Origin: Candidatus Dormibacteraceae bacterium
GTDB taxonomy: Bacteria; Chloroflexota; Dormibacteria; Dormibacterales; Dormibacteraceae
Direction of reading: 5' to 3'
DNA length: 47,243 bases
Assembly: GCA_050734915.1 (NCBI GenBank)
Contig: JBOHUX010000001.1
Span: 1 to 47,243, forward strand
The translations under genes and the position numbers were made by a program. Shown in pieces: positions 24,547 through 35,536 of this stretch. Within the stretch, counting starts at the first letter, position 1, and each line of letters starts with the position of its first letter. The notes below the pieces were generated by a model. That model was not told the DNA's origin. It worked only from the letters and a program-made list of their open reading frames with translations, and did no database searches.

Positions 24547-25062
24547 TCAGCGGTCACCCGAGACCTCCAGCGCGGGCTGGTGGTCCTCCCCTCGGACGTC
24601 GAAGCCGAGGTAGCCGCGGATCGCCCAGTCCGTCATCAGGCGGAGCTCTTCGGGCGGGATCTCGCGGACCATGGCGACCAGGACTTGCCTCTGCCGGCGG
24701 CCGGAATCGACAACGGTGCGCAGCCCTCGGGCCGTCAGCCGGAGCCGGACCACGCGCCGGTCCGGGGCCAGGCGGTGGCGGTCCATCAGGCCGCGGTCCA
24801 CCATCTCCCGGACCAGGGCCGACACGCGGCCCTCGGGACAGGCCAGGAGGCCCGAGAGCCGGCCCTGGATCAAGCCGTCGGTGCCCGCCACCGCCACCTC
24901 GAGCAGGAGGTGATACTGGAGGACGCTCAGCCGGTGGTGGGCCAGAGCCCGGCTCATCAGAAGCTGGGCCTGGCGGAACCGCCGCCGCAGCGGCGCGGCT
25001 GCCGCCAGCTCGCGGCCGACGCCCGTCTCCGCCGGGGAGGGCCGGCCGGCCGCGCTCACCAT
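24547..25062 (-). CDS. MarR-family transcriptional regulator
   Basis: Uses the frame of track ORF 24547..25221, with the start placed at ATG 25062, 4 nt after the ispG stop. The winged helix is LSVLQYHLLLEVAVAGTDGLIQGRLSGLLACPEGRVSALVREMVDRGLMDRHRLAPDRRVVRLRLTARG. Confidence 0.8.
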   Translation of the reverse strand: MVSAAGRPSPAETGVGRELAAAAPLRRRFRQAQLLMSRALAHHRLSVLQYHLLLEVAVAGTDGLIQGRLSGLLACPEGRVSALVREMVDRGLMDRHRLAPDRRVVRLRLTARGLRTVVDSGRRQRQVLVAMVREIPPEELRLMTDWAIRGYLGFDVRGEDHQPALEVSGDR

Positions 25063-25066
25063 GCCG

Positions 25067-26221
25067 CTAGCCGGCGGCCAGGGCGGCGTCCGACTCCGTC
25101 CTCTCGGCCGCCATCGAATCCACCTCCGCCAGGAGGACGGGGAGAAGCTCGGCCTCGGGGACCGTCTTCCAATGCTGGCCCTTCTTGAAGATGACGCCCT
25201 TGCCACGACCTCCGGTGACACCGATGTCCGCGTGGCGAGCCTCGGCCGGTCCGTTCACCACGCAGCCCATGACGGCGACGGTGATCGGCACCCTCAGCTT
25301 GGCGATGTGGGCCTCGACCGCGTTCACCATCGGGATCATGTCGTACTCCAGCCTGCCGCACGTCGGGCACGCCACCAGCGTCACCCCCGACTCCCGCACC
25401 GCCAGCGTCTTCAGGATCTCGTAGGCCGTCCTCACCTCCTCGGTCGGGTCGTCGGTCGCCAGAGACACCCGCACGGTGTCGCCGATGCCCTCTCCGAGCA
25501 GGATCCCCAGCCCCACCGCGGAACGGATCGAGCCCGCCTGCACCGGTCCCGACTCGGTCACCCCGAGGTGGATCGGATACGCCCTCGCCGCCGCGAAGCC
25601 CCGGTTCGCCAGCACGTTGGTCCACACGTCCGTCGCCTTCAGCGACACCTTGATGTGGCCGGGCCCGTAATCCATCTCCTCCAGGATTCGGCAGTGGCCG
25701 AGCGCCACCTCCACCATCCGCTCGGCCGTCCGCTGGCGGTCGTCCCGGTCCACCGCGTGCGCCTCGCGCTGGCTCTTATGCACCTCCTCGGGCAGGGAGC
25801 CCGCGTTGACACCAATTCGAAACGGGATGTCGCGCTCCTTGGCCGCCCGCACCACCTTCTCCACCTTGTCCCGGTCGGGGATGTTGCCGGGATTGAGCCG
25901 CAGGCCGTGGACCCCGGCCGCCAGCGCCATCAGCGCCAGCTCGTGGTTGTAGTGGATGTCGGCGATGATGGGCAGCGGGGACCCCATCACGATCTCCCTC
26001 AGTGCCTCGGCCGCCTCACGGTCGGGCACGGCCGGGCGAACGATCTCGCAGCCCGCCTCCTTCAGCTCCTCGATCTGCCGCACCGTCGCCTTGACGTCGC
26101 GGGTGTCGGTCTTCGTCATCGTCTGGACCGCGATCGGCGCGGCGCCGCCCACGACCACGTCGCCGACGCGCACCGGAATGCTCTTGCGCCTCTCGACGCC
26201 TCGGAACTCCGCTCCCTTCAT
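25067..26221 (-). CDS. ispG: 4-hydroxy-3-methylbut-2-en-1-yl diphosphate synthase (MEP pathway)
   Basis: 384 aa. Diagnostic stretches are RRKSIPVRVGDVVVGGAAPIAVQTMTKTDTRDV, LRLNPGNI and the C-terminal Fe-S segment VACPTCGR...GCVVNGPAEA. Confidence 0.95.
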   Translation of the reverse strand: MKGAEFRGVERRKSIPVRVGDVVVGGAAPIAVQTMTKTDTRDVKATVRQIEELKEAGCEIVRPAVPDREAAEALREIVMGSPLPIIADIHYNHELALMALAAGVHGLRLNPGNIPDRDKVEKVVRAAKERDIPFRIGVNAGSLPEEVHKSQREAHAVDRDDRQRTAERMVEVALGHCRILEEMDYGPGHIKVSLKATDVWTNVLANRGFAAARAYPIHLGVTESGPVQAGSIRSAVGLGILLGEGIGDTVRVSLATDDPTEEVRTAYEILKTLAVRESGVTLVACPTCGRLEYDMIPMVNAVEAHIAKLRVPITVAVMGCVVNGPAEARHADIGVTGGRGKGVIFKKGQHWKTVPEAELLPVLLAEVDSMAAERTESDAALAAG

Positions 26222-26230
26222 GCGATCACC

Positions 26231-27307
26231 TCACCTGGTTCCCGGAAATTGATGCAGCGCCAGCCGCTGGACGTCGAAGTACGTGACGAACACGATCAGC
26301 GCCAGGAGCGCGACCGCCCCCACGCGGTTCACCAGCGCCTCCCAGTTCCGATCCAGGGGCCTGCCCCGCAGAAGGCCGGAGGCGCCGTCGAAGAGCACGA
26401 ACAGGATGCGGCCGCCGTCCAGGGCGGGGATGGGCAGCAGGTTCGTGAGGCCGAGCGCGACCGAGATGAACGCCACCGCCGTCAGCCAGGTGAACCAGCC
26501 GGACGCGGCCGATGCGTAGGTGATGGTGGCGATGCCGATGGGGCCCGTCACGCCCTCCCGCCCGAGGATGCCGCCCGGGATCTGGCCCGTGGCCAGCTGG
26601 TAGATGCCGTGGGCGATCGCCGACGACGCCGTGTACGGGAACGTGACGCCGTTCACGAGCGCCTGCGATGTGGTGAAGGTCGCCGAGTAGATGCCGATCG
26701 CCCAGTCATGCTGGGCGCGGTTGAAGCGAGGCTGGACGGTGAGATGCACGAGTCCGCCGTTCTGCCGCCGGACCGTCAGGTGCAGAGGCCGGCCGCCGTG
26801 GGCGTTCTCCGCGTTGCGGATGTCCTGGGCGGAGGCGACCGGGTGCTCGTCCACGGACTTGATGCTGTCACCGGCATGGAGGCCGGCGGCGACCGCGGGG
26901 CTGTTGGAGACGATGTCGACGATCTTTCCGGGGTCGGAGTTGACCTCGGTCAGGGAGATGGCGGTCACGATCAGCGCGGCGAGCACGAAGTTGACGAACG
27001 GGCCGGCGAGCAGGATCAGGATCCGCTGCCAGACGGGGTGCCGGTAGAAGCCGTCCGGCTCGTCGTATTCGCCCGGCTCCATGCCCGCCAGCCGCACGAA
27101 CCCGCCCAGGGGGATCAGCCGGACCGCATAGGTGGTGCCCCCGCGGACCGTGGACCAGAGCCTGGTCCCCATGAACAGCGAGTACTCGTGGACCTTCACC
27201 CCGAAGAGCTTGGAGAGCGCGAAGTGGCCCCCCTCGTGGGGTGCGACCAGGATCAGGAACATGATCGGGATGGCGACGACGGCGATCAGCGGGGTGAGGA
27301 CTGCCAC
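26231..27307 (-). CDS. rseP: Site-2 protease, M50 family (RseP/RasP-like) with PDZ domain
   Basis: 358 aa with a GTG start. It shows HEGGHFALSKLFGVKV (HExxH), a PDZ-like segment (PAVAAGLHAGDSIKSVDEHPV) and NLLPIPALDGG. Confidence 0.9.
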   Translation of the reverse strand: MAVLTPLIAVVAIPIMFLILVAPHEGGHFALSKLFGVKVHEYSLFMGTRLWSTVRGGTTYAVRLIPLGGFVRLAGMEPGEYDEPDGFYRHPVWQRILILLAGPFVNFVLAALIVTAISLTEVNSDPGKIVDIVSNSPAVAAGLHAGDSIKSVDEHPVASAQDIRNAENAHGGRPLHLTVRRQNGGLVHLTVQPRFNRAQHDWAIGIYSATFTTSQALVNGVTFPYTASSAIAHGIYQLATGQIPGGILGREGVTGPIGIATITYASAASGWFTWLTAVAFISVALGLTNLLPIPALDGGRILFVLFDGASGLLRGRPLDRNWEALVNRVGAVALLALIVFVTYFDVQRLALHQFPGTR

Positions 27308-27337
27308 TCAGTTGAGGTTACCCCCAGCCGGGTGATG

Positions 27338-28429
27338 TCAACGCTCGCGCGCGGCGCCGAGCCGAGCCAGCACATGCTCTCGAGCCCAGCGGTCGGCGCC
27401 CAGGACCGCCTCCAGGCCGGTGTCGGCGCCTCCCGGGTGGGCACTGAGCGCCGACTCCACCAGGCGCGTGATGGCGCCGAACGTGCAGGCGCCCCTCAGG
27501 AAGGCGGCGGCCGCCTCCTCGTTGGCGGCGTTGAGAACCGCGGGCATGGTGCCGCCGGCGGCGGCGGCCGCCCGTGCCAGCTGGACGGCGGGGAAGCGGG
27601 CCCCGTCAAGGGGCTGGAAGTCGAGCGGCCCCATCTCGCACATGATCGCGGCGGGGACGGCTCCGGGCAGGCGGTCGGGGTGGGCGAGCGCGACCGCGAT
27701 CGGCAGCCGCATGTCGGCCACGCCCAGCTGGGCCTTGATGGAGCCGTCCACGAACTCGACCAGCGAGTGCACGGCGCTCTGCGGGTGGACGACGACCTCG
27801 ATCCGCTCGAGAGGGACCCCGAAGAGGTGGTGCGCCTCGATGACCTCCAGCCCCTTGTTCATCATCGTCGCGGAATCGACCGTCACCTTGGGCCCCATCG
27901 ACCAGCGCGGATGGCGCAAGGCCTCCGCCACCGTGACGGCCTCGGGGTCGATCTCGGGCCGCGCCCAGAAGGGTCCTCCGGAGGCGGTCACGAGCAGCCT
28001 CGCCACGTTCGCCATGGACTCGCCGCGGAGGCACTGCCAGATCGCGCTCGGCTCCGAGTCCACGGGGCGGATCGCATCGGGGCCGGCCATCGCCGTGACC
28101 AGGTGGCCGGCCATGACCAGCACCTCCTTGGTCGCCAGCGCGATCGTCTTGTGAGCCCGGAGGGCGGCCAGCGTGGGCTTGAGAGCGGCCGCGCCGGCGA
28201 TGGCGACCAGGACGATGTCGCACTCCGGATGGGTGACCATCTCCTGCAGCCGGGCGTCGGCGTCGGGATCGGTCGCGACGACCGTGAAGCGGGCCGGACG
28301 GTCGGGCAGAACGCTGCCGGTGGCGAGACCGAAGGCTTCGAACCGGTCCGGGTGGCGGTCGATGACGTCGAGCGCCTGACGTCCGATGGATCCGGTCGCG
28401 CCGAGGACCGCGACTCCCTGCCGCCTCAC
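27338..28429 (-). CDS. dxr: 1-deoxy-D-xylulose 5-phosphate reductoisomerase
   Basis: 363 aa with a GTG start in a GTGA overlap with the cdsA stop. Diagnostic stretches are VAVLGATGSIGRQALDV, PVDSEPSAIWQCL, MGPKVTVDSATMMNKGLEVIEAHHLF and HPQSAVHSLVEFVDGS. Confidence 0.95.
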   Translation of the reverse strand: MRRQGVAVLGATGSIGRQALDVIDRHPDRFEAFGLATGSVLPDRPARFTVVATDPDADARLQEMVTHPECDIVLVAIAGAAALKPTLAALRAHKTIALATKEVLVMAGHLVTAMAGPDAIRPVDSEPSAIWQCLRGESMANVARLLVTASGGPFWARPEIDPEAVTVAEALRHPRWSMGPKVTVDSATMMNKGLEVIEAHHLFGVPLERIEVVVHPQSAVHSLVEFVDGSIKAQLGVADMRLPIAVALAHPDRLPGAVPAAIMCEMGPLDFQPLDGARFPAVQLARAAAAAGGTMPAVLNAANEEAAAAFLRGACTFGAITRLVESALSAHPGGADTGLEAVLGADRWAREHVLARLGAARER

Positions 28430-29325
28430 CTGATCAGGTGCAGGAAGTAGGCGTAGAAGTAGACGGCGATGCCCGGGAAGAGCATGGAGTCGATCCGGTC
28501 GAGCAGACCGCCATGGCCCGGGATCAGCTGGCTGGAGTCCTTGACCTCGGCGATCCGCTTCATCTGCGACTCGACGAGGTCGCCCGCGATCGCCGCCAGG
28601 CCGACCAGGATGCCGAGCGCGGCGCCGTGCCAGGGCGCCAGGCCGAGGGCGAAGAACCCCGCCGGCACCATCACCACCATCGCCAGCAGCACTCCCGCGA
28701 GGGCGCCTTCGGCCGTCTTCCTGGGGCTGATCCGGCTGAAGAAGGGGCGGCGCCCGAAGCGCATGCCGACCAGGAGCGCCGCGGTGTCTGCCGCCACCAC
28801 CGCCACCAGGGTGAAGACGACCCAGCGCAGCCCGAGCGGAGCGCCGTAGAGCTTGAGGTAGAAGTCAAAGGGGATGCCGATGTAGAGGGCGCCGGCCATG
28901 CCCATCGACCACCGTCCCAGACCCTGGCGGCGGCCGGGCAAGAAGAGGAAGATGACCATTCCCGCGACGAGCGCCATCCCCAGGACGAGCTCCGCGCTGA
29001 GGGACCGCAGCACGGTGCCGCTGAGGGCGAAGTAGGCGCCCAGCGGATAGAGCAGCCATGACGGCGCGCGCGACCCCATCCGGTCCGAGAGCCCGCGGAA
29101 CTCCCAGAGCGCGATCCCGCCCGCCACCGCGACGACGACGTAGAGGCCGTACGGGCGCGCGAAGAGGAGGCCCAGCACGGCGCCTCCCATCACGACCCCG
29201 CTCAGGACCCGGACCAGGAACCGGCTCCTGCGGGCCGGCTTCAACTCCTCGCCCGCGGCGCCCGCCGGCGGGTCACGGGGGGGCGGCGCGGGAAGATCGC
29301 CGGCGGCACCGAGGCCATCGTTCAT
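28426..29325 (-). CDS. cdsA: Phosphatidate cytidylyltransferase
   Basis: Uses the frame of track ORF 28426..29460, with the start placed at ATG 29325, just after the uppS stop. It is polytopic, with the C-terminal signature SQMKRIAEVKDSSQLIPGHGGLLDRIDSMLF. Confidence 0.9.
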   Translation of the reverse strand: MNDGLGAAGDLPAPPPRDPPAGAAGEELKPARRSRFLVRVLSGVVMGGAVLGLLFARPYGLYVVVAVAGGIALWEFRGLSDRMGSRAPSWLLYPLGAYFALSGTVLRSLSAELVLGMALVAGMVIFLFLPGRRQGLGRWSMGMAGALYIGIPFDFYLKLYGAPLGLRWVVFTLVAVVAADTAALLVGMRFGRRPFFSRISPRKTAEGALAGVLLAMVVMVPAGFFALGLAPWHGAALGILVGLAAIAGDLVESQMKRIAEVKDSSQLIPGHGGLLDRIDSMLFPGIAVYFYAYFLHLIR

Positions 29326-29332
29326 GCCCGGC

Positions 29333-30091
29333 TCACCGAGGGCGGCCGGCCGCCGGTCGGGCCGGACTCCCAGACCCCGTCGGGGGGTCCTCAGGCCGCC
29401 CCCCGAACCGGCGCACACGGCCCTGATAGTCTCCGATCGCCCTTCCCAGGTCCTCGCCATCGAAGTCGGGCCAGAGGACGTCGGTCACGTGCAGCTCGGC
29501 ATAGGCGGCCTGCCAGAGCAGGAAGTTGCTGGTCCGCTTCTCACCGGCGGTCCGGATGAGCAGGTCGGGGTCGGGCAGGAAGGGGGCGTACAGACGCGCC
29601 GCCAGCGCCGCCTCGTCCACCTCCAGGACGGGCACCCGGTCCTCGATCAGGCGGCGCACCGCGTCCACGATCTCCATCCTTCCACCGTAGTTGAGGCAGA
29701 CGTTGAGCACGCCGCCTCGATTCTCCGCCGTTCTCTCCTCCGCGTCGAGGATCTGGCGCCGCATCCGCTGAGAGAGCCCACCGCGGCGCCCGCTGAATAT
29801 GATCCGGATGCCTCGTTCGTCGAGCTCATCGATCTCCCGGCGGAGCGAACTCTCGAAGAGCCGCATGAGGGCCGAGACTTCGCGGCGGGGTCGGGCCCAG
29901 TTCTCGGTCGAGAACGCATACACCGACAGGTGGTGGACCCCGATCTCCTCGCACGCCAGCATGATCCTCTTGACGGTGCGCACGCCGGCCCGATGGCCGA
30001 GATTGACCGGACGGCCCTGGCGCCGGGCCCAACGCGCGTTGCCGTCCATGATGATCCCGATGTGGCGGGGGATCGGGCCGTCGGGGTCCAA
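29333..30091 (-). CDS. uppS: Isoprenyl transferase (undecaprenyl-diphosphate synthase family)
   Basis: 252 aa. Diagnostic stretches are HIGIIMDGNARWARRQG, SVYAFSTENWARP and IRTAGEKRTSNFLLWQAAYAELH. Confidence 0.95.
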   Translation of the reverse strand: MDPDGPIPRHIGIIMDGNARWARRQGRPVNLGHRAGVRTVKRIMLACEEIGVHHLSVYAFSTENWARPRREVSALMRLFESSLRREIDELDERGIRIIFSGRRGGLSQRMRRQILDAEERTAENRGGVLNVCLNYGGRMEIVDAVRRLIEDRVPVLEVDEAALAARLYAPFLPDPDLLIRTAGEKRTSNFLLWQAAYAELHVTDVLWPDFDGEDLGRAIGDYQGRVRRFGGRPEDPPTGSGSPARPAAGRPR

Positions 30092-30119
30092 CTCGCTCTG
30101 AAGGCTGCCGGGCGCCCGG

Positions 30120-30677
30120 CTAGACCTCCATCACCTCGGCTTCCTTTCGGGCGGCCAGTCCGTCGATCGTGCCCACGTGCTCGTCGGTGATCTTCTGGAG
30201 CCGCTCCATCGCGCGCTTGGCCAAGTCCTCGGATACCTCGCCCGACCTCTCGGCCTCGTTGATCCGGTGCGCCTCGTCACGGCGGACGTTGCGCACCGCG
30301 ATCCGAGCCTCCTCGCCCTTGTGCCGGGCCACGCGCACGTACTCCCGGCGGCGCTCCTCCGTGAGCGGCGGGATGGGGACCCGGATCACCGCCCCGTCGC
30401 TGGCGGGGTTGACGGCCGCGTCGCTGGTCCGCAGCGCCTTCTCCATGGCCGCGATCTGGCTCCGGTCGTAGGGCTGGACGAGAAGGAGGCGGGCCTCGGG
30501 GGCGCTGATGCTGGCGAGCTGGTTGAGCGGCGTCGGGGTTCCGTAGTAGGGCACCATCACCTTCTCGATGAGGGCCGGGTTGGCGCGGCCGGTCCGGATG
30601 TTGGCGAGCTCCCGGACATAGGCATCCACGCTCTTGGTCATCTTCGATTCCGCCTCCGCCAGGATGGTGTCGATCAC
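30120..30677 (-). CDS. frr: Ribosome recycling factor
   Basis: 185 aa with a GTG start in a GTGA overlap with the pyrH stop. Diagnostic stretches are [35 protein letters not shown] and [17 protein letters not shown]. Confidence 0.95.
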   Translation of the reverse strand: MIDTILAEAESKMTKSVDAYVRELANIRTGRANPALIEKVMVPYYGTPTPLNQLASISAPEARLLLVQPYDRSQIAAMEKALRTSDAAVNPASDGAVIRVPIPPLTEERRREYVRVARHKGEEARIAVRNVRRDEAHRINEAERSGEVSEDLAKRAMERLQKITDEHVGTIDGLAARKEAEVMEV

Positions 30678-31405
30678 GTCCTCGCCCCGACCAGGGTGCC
30701 GATCTCCTCGCCCATCACCACCCTGGCGATGTTGCCGGCGCGGAGCAGGTCGAAGACCACGATGGGCACGTCATTGTCCATGCAGAGGGTGAGGGCGGTG
30801 TTGTCCATCACCTCGATGCCCCGGTTCAGCACCTCCAGGTAGTCGAGCCGGACGAGCTTGGTTGCGCCGGGGTCGATGAGGGGGTCGGCGGTGTAGACGC
30901 CGTCCACCTTGGTCGCCTTGAGGATGACGTCGGCCTCGATCTCGACCGCCCGCAGCGCGGCGGTGGTGTCGGTCGTGAAGTAGGGGTTCCCGGTCCCCGC
31001 GGCGAGAATGATCACCCGCCCCTTCTCGAGGTGGCGGACGGCCCGGCGCCGGATGTAGGGCTCGGCGACCTGGGGCATCTGGATGGCGGTCATGGTCCGG
31101 GCCTGGACCCCGATCTTCTCGAGGGCGTCCTGGAGCGCAAGCGCGTTGATGACGGTGGCCAGCATCCCCATGTAGTCGCCGGTCGCGCGATCGAAGCCGC
31201 GCTCGCTGGCGGCCAGGCCGCGGAAAATGTTGCCGCCACCGACCACCAGGGCGACCTCCACCCCCCGAGAGTGGACGTCGCGCACCTGGTCGGCGATCGA
31301 GAGGACGACCTCGAGGTCGATGCCGAGCTCGGCCTTTCCGGCCAGAGCCTCTCCGCTGAGCTTGAGCAGGACCCGCCGGTAGCGGGGCTCTGGGTGGTCG
31401 TCCAT
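30674..31405 (-). CDS. pyrH: UMP kinase
   Basis: Uses the frame of track ORF 30674..31684, with the start placed at ATG 31405. Diagnostic stretches are [38 protein letters not shown] and [21 protein letters not shown]. Confidence 0.95.
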   Translation of the reverse strand: MDDHPEPRYRRVLLKLSGEALAGKAELGIDLEVVLSIADQVRDVHSRGVEVALVVGGGNIFRGLAASERGFDRATGDYMGMLATVINALALQDALEKIGVQARTMTAIQMPQVAEPYIRRRAVRHLEKGRVIILAAGTGNPYFTTDTTAALRAVEIEADVILKATKVDGVYTADPLIDPGATKLVRLDYLEVLNRGIEVMDNTALTLCMDNDVPIVVFDLLRAGNIARVVMGEEIGTLVGART

Positions 31406-31436
31406 GCTGCCGGAGGCTAAGCCTAGCAGCAGGAGG

Positions 31437-32048
31437 CTAGCCCTCCCTGATGCTGAACCGCGCGAAGCGGCGGACTGTGATGTTCTCCTGCAGCCTCGAG
31501 ATGTGCTCGGCGATGAGGTCCTTGACCGGCGTCTTGGGATCGCGAATGTAGGGCTGGTCCACCAGGCAGCTCTCCTTGAAGAACGCCTCCAGGCGCCCGT
31601 CCACGATCTTGTCGATGGCCGCCGGCGGCTTCCCCTCCTGCTCCGCCCGCCGCCGGTAGACCTCGCGCTCCCGCTCCAGAACATCGGGGGGCACCTCGTC
31701 GCGGCTCACCCAGCTGGGGGCGGACGCGGCGACGTGCATGGCCAGCTCCCGGGCCAGGTGCCGGAAGTCGTCCCCCTTGGCAACGAAGTCGCTCTCGCAG
31801 TTCACCTCGACCATCGCCCCGATCTGGGGCGGGTAGTCGCCGGTGGCGTGCGTGTAGGCCTCGATCACCCCCTGCCCGGTGGCACGGGCGGCCCGGTTGC
31901 CGGCCTTGGCGATACCGCGCTCGCGAAGGAGCAGCACGGCCTTCTCGATGTCGCCGCCGCTCTCCTCGAGCGCCCGTTTGCAATCCATCATCCCGGCCCC
32001 GGTCAGGCCCCGGAGCCTCCGCACCGATTCCACGGCAACCTCCGCCAT
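31437..32048 (-). CDS. tsf: Elongation factor Ts (short, about 200 aa form)
   Basis: Uses the frame of track ORF 31437..32909. The start is ATG 32048, which overlaps the rpsB TAA stop (TAATG). Diagnostic stretches are [37 protein letters not shown] and [13 protein letters not shown]. Confidence 0.9.
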   Translation of the reverse strand: MAEVAVESVRRLRGLTGAGMMDCKRALEESGGDIEKAVLLLRERGIAKAGNRAARATGQGVIEAYTHATGDYPPQIGAMVEVNCESDFVAKGDDFRHLARELAMHVAASAPSWVSRDEVPPDVLEREREVYRRRAEQEGKPPAAIDKIVDGRLEAFFKESCLVDQPYIRDPKTPVKDLIAEHISRLQENITVRRFARFSIREG

Positions 32049-32899
32049 TACCTCCTCTTCACCTCCTCGTCGTCGTCCGAGCGCAGGAACTCGTCCTCGG
32101 AGACCGTCGGCAGGTACCCCTCCTCCTCCTCGATGAACTCGCCCCCGAGCTCGTAAGGCGTCGTCTCCAGGAACTCGCGCTCCTCCACGGTGGGCTGCAG
32201 CACGCCGACGCGCTCGGCCTCCTCCCTCCCCTCGACGCACGCCTCGGCCATCTTGTTGGTCAGCAGCTTGACCGCGCGGATGGCATCGTCGTTGCCGGGG
32301 ATCACGTGCTGGATCAGGTCGGGATCGCAGTTGCTGTCGGTGATCGCGATGAGCGGGATCTTGAGCCGGTTGCACTCGGCGACGGCGATGTGCTCCTTCT
32401 TGGGGTCGACCACGTAGACGGCCCCCGGCAGCCGTCGCATGCCGGCGATGCCGTCGAAGTGGAACATGAGCCGGTCGAGCTCGTCGGTGAGGCCCTTGGC
32501 CTCCTTCTTGGGGAGCGTCTCGAAGTAGCCGTCGGAGTTGAGCTTGCGCAGCTCCTCCATCCTCTTGATCCGCTTCTGGATGGTCGAGTAGTTGGTCAGC
32601 ATGCCCCCCATCCAGCGGCGGTTGACGAAGAACATGCCCGAGCGCGCGGCCTCGGTCTGGATCGTCTCCTGAGCCTGCTTCTTGGTCCCCACGAAGAGGA
32701 TCGGCCGGCCCATGGCGGCGACGCCGCGCACGAAGTCGTATGCCTCGTCCAGGAGGCGCACCGTCTTCTGCAGGTCGATGATGTGGATCCCGTTGCGGGC
32801 GGTGAAGATGTACGCCCTCATCTTGGGATTCCACCGGCTGGTCTGGTGGCCGAAGTGGACGCCCGCCTCCAGCAACTGCTTCAGCGTGACCTGGGACAC
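32048..32899 (-). CDS. rpsB: 30S ribosomal protein S2 with acidic C-terminal extension
   Basis: 283 aa with a GTG start and GGGAGGTGG upstream. Diagnostic stretches are [31 protein letters not shown] and [13 protein letters not shown]. Confidence 0.95.
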   Translation of the reverse strand: MSQVTLKQLLEAGVHFGHQTSRWNPKMRAYIFTARNGIHIIDLQKTVRLLDEAYDFVRGVAAMGRPILFVGTKKQAQETIQTEAARSGMFFVNRRWMGGMLTNYSTIQKRIKRMEELRKLNSDGYFETLPKKEAKGLTDELDRLMFHFDGIAGMRRLPGAVYVVDPKKEHIAVAECNRLKIPLIAITDSNCDPDLIQHVIPGNDDAIRAVKLLTNKMAEACVEGREEAERVGVLQPTVEEREFLETTPYELGGEFIEEEEGYLPTVSEDEFLRSDDDEEVKRR

Positions 32900-33021
32900 G
32901 TGCCGCCACCTCCCTGTTGAGCCTCCGCCCGGGCCTGGTCGCCTTCGGATGAAGGACAGGGGGAACTGGCCGGGCGTGCGTGCTCGGTCAGGCCTGCGCG
33001 CCCACCCTGACCGGCACCCGC

Positions 33022-33027
33022 ATTATA
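33022..33027 (-). promoter_or_regulatory. Perfect TATAAT -10 hexamer upstream of rpsB-tsf
   Basis: The reverse strand reads ggcgggTATAATgcgggtg, about 120 nt upstream of the rpsB GTG. A perfect TATAAT is rare in this GC-rich sequence. No recognisable -35 is present; that position is occupied by the topA terminator hairpin. Confidence 0.45.
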
Positions 33028-33041
33028 CCCGCCGGGACGCG

Positions 33042-33059
33042 GCCGCTCCCGGGAGCGGC
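33042..33059 (-). terminator. GC-rich hairpin just after the topA stop
   Basis: GCCGCTCCCGGGAGCGGC is a perfect 18-nt palindrome lying 7 nt downstream of the topA TGA (33067..33069). No U-tract follows it. Confidence 0.4.
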
Positions 33060-33066
33060 GGGCGGC

Positions 33067-35364
<2,298 letters not shown>

Positions 35365-35457
35365 CGGCTTCCTATAAATACCCAGAAACGTGCCGGTGTT
35401 CCCACATGTCCGCGGTCGGGACCTTCCGGCCCGCCGCCGGTCCTGGCTCCCACCTCA

Positions 35458-35475
35458 CGAGATCGGCCGATCTCG
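35458..35475. promoter_or_regulatory. Perfect 18-bp palindrome CGAGATCGGCCGATCTCG upstream of topA
   Basis: Read directly from the sequence. The half-site CACGAGATCGG recurs at 35497..35507. The palindrome lies about 95 to 110 nt upstream of the topA ATG (35364) and downstream of the dprA stop (35537). Confidence 0.5.
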
Positions 35476-35536
35476 CCGGGACCCGGTTCTCCAGCCCACG
35501 AGATCGGGCCGCGGCCCGTCCGCGGCGGGCCGGATG

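Noticed and set aside
25061-28450. A 1129-aa plus-strand ORF, the longest in the track.
   Set aside because: It is antisense to ispG, rseP and dxr, which all carry unmistakable motifs. Its product is Arg/Gly/Asp/His-rich low-complexity sequence. Stop-free antisense frames are expected at this GC content.
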